64,000 nt of DNA from Polyangiaceae bacterium (lineage in GTDB: Bacteria; Myxococcota_A; Polyangia; Polyangiales; Polyangiaceae). The notes under the pieces are model-generated. The model ran no database searches and was not told where the DNA came from. It worked only from the letters and a program-made list of their open reading frames with translations. Shown in pieces: positions 59,314 through 64,000 of this stretch; within the stretch, counting starts at the first letter, position 1, and each line of letters begins with the position of its first letter. The stretch covers positions 1,952,001-2,016,000 of the forward strand of contig CBDCTZ010000016.1 in NCBI GenBank assembly GCA_965222375.1. The letters run 5' to 3'. The translations under genes and the position numbers were made by a program.

Positions 59314-60687
59314 CTACTGCGCGAGCTGGACATGGAGGCTGGACTTGCCGCCGTCGTCCGCCTGTGCCGTGACGCGTAGTTCCTTCACGCCAACGCTGCC
59401 ACCCGGGGTGAGCGCGTCACTAGCCCTACCGCGGTCCCCTCCTGCCACTTCAGGCTTGGACAGCGCTTGGTCGCTGTCGGCTTCAATCACCTCGACCGGG
59501 CGTATGGCTCCGTCTGGCGAAGCTGCGACGCGATACACGAGAGAGCCGCTTCCGGACGGCCAGCCCGCAGCAGCGTCCCAATGTCGCTGCTCGAGCCAGA
59601 GCTCCTGGCCATTGCCCAGGCTCACGGCGGCGGCGCGCTGCTCACCAAGCAGCAAGTGCTGCTCTCGGAGCGGGCGGCGATCCGGCTGCGACCAGCCCAG
59701 TTGACTCGACGACCACGCGCTGAGGGGTGGCGGCATGCCATCTACCGTCGGGCAATTCCAAGCGCCGCCGGCCATGAGGCCCCAACATCCAAGGACCCAC
59801 TTTCGCTGCTGAGGTTGGTAGCCGAGACTCGTGTCGTACAGATCCGGCAGCCCCAGGGCGTGGCCCAGTTCGTGAGCCAAGACGACGATGGCGTCCTGAG
59901 GGCTCGTGCCGCAGCTTGTGGCACCAGCGAGCAAGTAGTCTTCGACGGAGATGGGCGCCCCAGCAGCACCAATGGTCTTGGTGACCAATGGGCCGCCCCG
60001 CCAGTAGGACAACGTCGATCGATGACCCCACGGGCCGTTGCCGCCGCAGGGCGCCCCCAGTTCCGAGAACAAAACGATGACCAGGTCGACGCGACCGTCG
60101 TCGTCTTGGGAACTCGGAACGCCGTCCAGACCATCGTTGTCGAAGTCGCGAAGATTGGTTTGAGCGGCTGCCTGAAGGATGACGTCTTCGAGGTGCTCGC
60201 CCAACCGTGCGTCACTGCCGAAGCCGTGCTCCGTGCCAAGGGCGTCGCTCATGCTCGTACTCGACCGCAACCAGGGTGTGACCTCGCCTTCGACTGCAAG
60301 GGCGCCCCGAGACTGCTGCTCGTAGAAACGCGCCACTGACTTGATGCCGAACAGGGCGTCTCCGATGCTCTCGCGGCTTGCTCCTGGCGCTGCGGAGTCC
60401 GAAAACAGCGCTGGCACGACCAATACACGCAGCTTCGTCGCTGGCATGTCCGCACTAAACGCGAGCTGCGGAGAAGCGGCGCGCGGTTTGCGTCTTGCGA
60501 AGCCGATGCTTCGCCCGGCGCGGTGCGCGGGAACGACGAATGCGGCTGCGCCCGGGTTCGTGGTGCCGGCCTCAAAGGCCACTGGCGCCTGAGGCGTGGG
60601 CCGCTGCGCGAGTGGATCGGCTTCCGGCGCCGCACCGGAACAGGCGGCGCAGGCACCACCCAGCACGAGCAAGGATGCGCGCCTCAT
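59314..60687 (-). CDS. M6 (immune inhibitor A) family metalloprotease domain lipoprotein
   Basis: FDNDGLDG...DDDGRVD, AHELGHALGLPDLYD, WGLMAGG. Confidence 0.85.
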   Translation of the reverse strand: MRRASLLVLGGACAACSGAAPEADPLAQRPTPQAPVAFEAGTTNPGAAAFVVPAHRAGRSIGFARRKPRAASPQLAFSADMPATKLRVLVVPALFSDSAAPGASRESIGDALFGIKSVARFYEQQSRGALAVEGEVTPWLRSSTSMSDALGTEHGFGSDARLGEHLEDVILQAAAQTNLRDFDNDGLDGVPSSQDDDGRVDLVIVLFSELGAPCGGNGPWGHRSTLSYWRGGPLVTKTIGAAGAPISVEDYLLAGATSCGTSPQDAIVVLAHELGHALGLPDLYDTSLGYQPQQRKWVLGCWGLMAGGAWNCPTVDGMPPPLSAWSSSQLGWSQPDRRPLREQHLLLGEQRAAAVSLGNGQELWLEQRHWDAAAGWPSGSGSLVYRVAASPDGAIRPVEVIEADSDQALSKPEVAGGDRGRASDALTPGGSVGVKELRVTAQADDGGKSSLHVQLAQ

Positions 60688-60735
60688 GACTACCAGATGT
60701 ACCGCAGGCTCAACCTTGCCGCCAGCTTTCGCCGT

Positions 60736-60996
60736 TCACTCCAGCCCAAGTAGCTCGTCGAGTTGCCCACTTCGATCCATGGCCATCAGCTCGTCACAGC
60801 CACCAATGGGCGCGTCATTAATGAAGATTTGAGGCACCGTGCGCTGGCCGGACACCTGCCGCAGCCAGCGCCGACGCTCCACGTCGCTGGTGACGTCAAT
60901 CTGCTCGAAAGCCACGCCCTTCTCTCGCAACAGCCCTTCTGCCCGCACGCAAAACGGGCACCAAGGCGTTCGATACATGACGACTCTGGTCGGCAA
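60736..60996 (-). CDS. grxC: Glutaredoxin 3 (start approximate)
   Basis: WCPFC, GQRTVPQIFI, IGGCDEL. Confidence 0.92.
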   Translation of the reverse strand: MPTRVVMYRTPWCPFCVRAEGLLREKGVAFEQIDVTSDVERRRWLRQVSGQRTVPQIFINDAPIGGCDELMAMDRSGQLDELLGLE

Positions 60997-61100
60997 ACTA
61001 GCGGATAATCTAGGTTTTTTTCCTGGGGCCGCCAGTCCCCAGGTCACAAATACTTCCGGCGGGTTCAAAACGGCGCCTGTCCATGTAGCGTGCTCTGGCT

Positions 61101-63701
61101 ATGTCGACATCCGACACGACCACCCTCTCCCTCGATCGTTATTCTGCTGATGCCCGAGCCCTGGTTGCTGGAGCCCAGGCTCTCGCTGACGAGAGGAAAC
61201 ATGCGGAGGTGCAGCCGCTGCATCTCTTGCTGCGCGCCCTGGAGCGCGACCCGGGTGTGGTTGCGGTATTCCGCGCTGCGGGGGCGGAAGTGGTCGAACT
61301 ACAGTCCAGCGCCGAGCGGGCGGTTGGCGAGCTCCCCAAAGGCAACGAGCCCGCGTATCTGTCCGCGGGTATGTTGGATCTGCTCGAACGAGCGCAGCGT
61401 GAGTCGGAACGGGATCACGCTCCGGAGGTGCAGATTGAGCACGTGCTCAACGCTCTGTCCCAAGAGATTCGTGGACCCGCCGGAGAACTCCTGGGTGCGC
61501 ACCGCATTGGGCCAGGCGCGTTGCGTCCGCACCTCGGAGCGCTGCACTCGGTGCCGCGCCACCAGCGACACACGGGTGGTGGTACAGCGGATATCGAGCG
61601 CTTCACCTACGACCTGATCGATGACGCCCGGAACGGTCGCATCGATCCGGTGATTGGCCGGGACTCCGAGGTGCGCCGCCTTTTGACCATTCTCGAGCGG
61701 CGGCAAAAGAGCCATCCGCTGCTTGTGGGCGAACCTGGAGTGGGCAAAGGCGCGGTAGTGGGTGCCTTGGCGCAACGCATCGCTGCGGGGGATGTCCCGA
61801 CGAGCTTGGCTGGCGCGCGCTTGTTCGAGCTGGACGCAGCTGCCTTGGTCGCAGGCACGCGCTTGCGCAGCGATGTTAGTCAACGCGTTCGTGCGTTGCT
61901 CGCATCCCTGCGGGATGCCGAAGGCAGCATGCCCATTCTCGTCGCTCGAAGCGTCGAGCAACTATTCGCCCAGGGGCCAACGGGTAGCGCGGTCGGAGAC
62001 TTGCTCAAGTCGCCCTTGGCGCGCGGCGAGCTCCGAATGCTCGCCACCACCACGCCGGAGGGGTTCCGCAAGATTGCTGACAAGGATTCCGCCGTCCTGA
62101 GGCATTTCACCAACCTCGCTATCGAAGAGCCGAGCGTGGACGAGGCGATTGAGATCCTGCGGGGCATTGCTAGTCGCTACGAAGAGCGGCACCAGGTGGA
62201 GATCACCGAGAGCGCGATTGTGGCGTCAGTGCGCTTGGCCAAGCGCTACGTGCAAGACAAGTTCTTGCCCGACTGTGCGATCGATCTGTTGGACGAAACT
62301 GCCGCAGCCAAACGCGTCGAAACTGACGGCATTCCCGCGGTTGTCGACGAGGCGATCCGGCGACTCGAGTCCATCAAGGCTCAGCTTCACTCCTTGGACA
62401 AGAGCACGGACGCAACCACGAAGGCTGCACGCGCCAAACTGGAAGCGGAGGCTACGGAGCTGGAGCCCAAAGTCGGCGACATGCGCGCGAAGCTGGAGTC
62501 ACGCCGCGGCGCAGTTGCTGCGGTGCGCGCCCTCAGCAACGAGTTGAATGCCGCCCGCGCTGCTTGTGAAACTGCGCGTACAGAAAAGGACTTCGCAAAG
62601 CTGGGCGAACTCGAGCACGTCACGGTTCCTGACTTGGAGAAGCGCTTCAACGCTGCCGAAGCTGCGGCGAGAAGCACCGGCGCACTCGAAGTGTCTCGGG
62701 ACGTAACCGAGGAAGACGTTGCGGCGACCCTGGCCGTCTGGACTGGGATCCCAGTGGCCAAGATGCTGGAAGAAGAAGCCGACAAGCTCCTGAAAATGGA
62801 GGAGCGCCTGGAGCAAAGGGTCATTGGTCAAGACGACGCTGTGGGTGCCATTTCCAGAGCCGTGCGCCGCGGGCGTGTGGGTCTTCGGGATCCGGGCAAA
62901 CCGATCGGGTCGTTCTTGTTCTTGGGTCCCAGCGGCGTTGGCAAGACCGAGCTGGCCAAGGCGCTGGCTCAGTTCCTCTTCGACGACGAACTCGCACTCA
63001 CCCGCCTGGACATGAGCGAGTTCGTTGAACGCCACATGGCTCAGCGATTGATTGGTGCGCCGCCCGGCTATGCGGACAGTGAGCAAGGTGGGTTCCTGAC
63101 CGAGGCAGTGCGCCGCCGCCCCTACTCAGTACTCCTCTTCGATGAAGTCGAGAAGGCACATCAAGACGTCTTCAACCTCCTACTGCAGGTCTTGGATGAC
63201 GGCCGCCTCACCGACGGGCGTGGGCGCCTAGCGGACTTCTCCAACACCGTCGTCATCATGACCAGCAACATCGGCTCGCAACGAATCCTGGAGTCTGATC
63301 CGAAACTCTTCGACAATGCCGACGGTCGGGAAGCGCTGCGCGATGTCTTGCTAGATGAACTGCGTGAGTTTTTCCGTCCCGAGTTTCTCAATCGGGTCGA
63401 CGACGTCGTCGTCTTCCGCTCCCTCATGAAAGAGCACCTTCGTCTCATCGTCGATATTCAGCTCCGCAAGCTCGAGCGCATGCTGTCGGACCGCAACCTC
63501 AAGCTCGCCTTGGACGACGCTGCCAAGGACAAGCTCGTGGACCTCGGCTATGAGCCCGCCCTGGGCGCTCGGCCGCTGCAGCGGGCGATCCTCAAGCAGG
63601 TGCAGGACCCCCTCGCGGAGTCGATCCTCTCGGCTCGCTACTCGGAAGGCACGACCATCAAAGTCAGCATGAAGGGCGACGAGTTCGTTTTTGACGCCTA
63701 G
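61101..63701 (+). CDS. clpB: ClpB-family AAA+ chaperone with degenerate first ATPase domain
   Basis: Clp N repeats, IDPVIGRD, coiled-coil M domain, NBD2 GPSGVGKTE / LLFDEVEKAH / FRPEFLNR / GARPL. Confidence 0.88.
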   Translation: MSTSDTTTLSLDRYSADARALVAGAQALADERKHAEVQPLHLLLRALERDPGVVAVFRAAGAEVVELQSSAERAVGELPKGNEPAYLSAGMLDLLERAQRESERDHAPEVQIEHVLNALSQEIRGPAGELLGAHRIGPGALRPHLGALHSVPRHQRHTGGGTADIERFTYDLIDDARNGRIDPVIGRDSEVRRLLTILERRQKSHPLLVGEPGVGKGAVVGALAQRIAAGDVPTSLAGARLFELDAAALVAGTRLRSDVSQRVRALLASLRDAEGSMPILVARSVEQLFAQGPTGSAVGDLLKSPLARGELRMLATTTPEGFRKIADKDSAVLRHFTNLAIEEPSVDEAIEILRGIASRYEERHQVEITESAIVASVRLAKRYVQDKFLPDCAIDLLDETAAAKRVETDGIPAVVDEAIRRLESIKAQLHSLDKSTDATTKAARAKLEAEATELEPKVGDMRAKLESRRGAVAAVRALSNELNAARAACETARTEKDFAKLGELEHVTVPDLEKRFNAAEAAARSTGALEVSRDVTEEDVAATLAVWTGIPVAKMLEEEADKLLKMEERLEQRVIGQDDAVGAISRAVRRGRVGLRDPGKPIGSFLFLGPSGVGKTELAKALAQFLFDDELALTRLDMSEFVERHMAQRLIGAPPGYADSEQGGFLTEAVRRRPYSVLLFDEVEKAHQDVFNLLLQVLDDGRLTDGRGRLADFSNTVVIMTSNIGSQRILESDPKLFDNADGREALRDVLLDELREFFRPEFLNRVDDVVVFRSLMKEHLRLIVDIQLRKLERMLSDRNLKLALDDAAKDKLVDLGYEPALGARPLQRAILKQVQDPLAESILSARYSEGTTIKVSMKGDEFVFDA

Positions 63702-63726
63702 CAACGCCTCGGGGTCCGGGCTTGCA

Positions 63727-64000
63727 TCACCAGCGATTGAGTCGCGGCTTGTGGGCGACAAGATCGCCGCCGAAGATCCCGCGAGGAGGACAGGGGATTT
63801 CGAAATCCTCGCAGTCTTCGGTGAGCGCGAAGCTGAGCCAGACTCCGACGTTGACGTGTCCTAGGCCAAAGGTCTCTTCTCGCGTGTTGTGTTGATTGCT
63901 GAAATGGTGGCCTAGGCGCAAGCCAGCGCTCAAGGGCCGAAGCAGCCGAACGGCGATGAACTGAACGTGGGGTTCGATGAACATCCCCGGCGCTGGCGCG
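63727..64000 (-). CDS. Hypothetical protein, C-terminal part (probably runs off the window)
   Basis: Open frame ending at 63727 with beta-strand-like sequence (LRLGHHFSN...NVGVWLSF); function unknown. Confidence 0.45.
   Translation of the reverse strand, partial: APAPGMFIEPHVQFIAVRLLRPLSAGLRLGHHFSNQHNTREETFGLGHVNVGVWLSFALTEDCEDFEIPCPPRGIFGGDLVAHKPRLNRW

Noticed and set aside
1..64000. tRNA or rRNA genes
   Set aside because: No cloverleaf or rRNA-like sequence recognised; a tRNAscan/Infernal run would be needed to exclude them

Overview
GC-rich bacterial DNA whose gene content (PEGA/TPR proteins, Gly-rich lipoproteins, several Ser/Thr kinases, Uma2 genes) suggests a myxobacterium, probably Polyangiales; this is inferred. 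Four zones. (1) 1-14.6 kb: the 3' end of a group II intron, then a three-fold tandem module of Pro-rich membrane protein, TPR-PEGA protein, Gly-rich lipoprotein and optional RHH protein. Each module is followed by a near-identical ~0.8 kb DUF559-endonuclease repeat, and the intron sits in one of these repeats. (2) 14.7-19.4 kb: two Ser/Thr kinases and a response regulator. (3) 19.9-49.1 kb: a defence island with a WYL regulator, a DUF433/DUF5615 TA pair and a complete type I-G (I-U) CRISPR-Cas system (csb1/cas7, csb2, cas3, csb3/cas8u2 ... cas4-cas1, cas2, ~127 repeats). The cas genes are interrupted by a kinase with a C-terminal HEPN-like RxxxxH domain, a RelE/HTH TA pair and Uma2 nucleases, and are followed by an EEP nuclease and an AAA-DUF4143 ATPase. 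(4) 49.3-64 kb: housekeeping genes (ctaA, double radical SAM, prmC, PMM/PGM, pilD, M6 protease, grxC, clpB-like). Best novelty candidates: the CRISPR-embedded kinase-HEPN fusion (RNase L/IRE1-like domain order), a shared WYL/PafBC-like promoter motif before both cas operons, and the polymorphic cassette array. All calls come from reading motifs by eye; no database searches were run.
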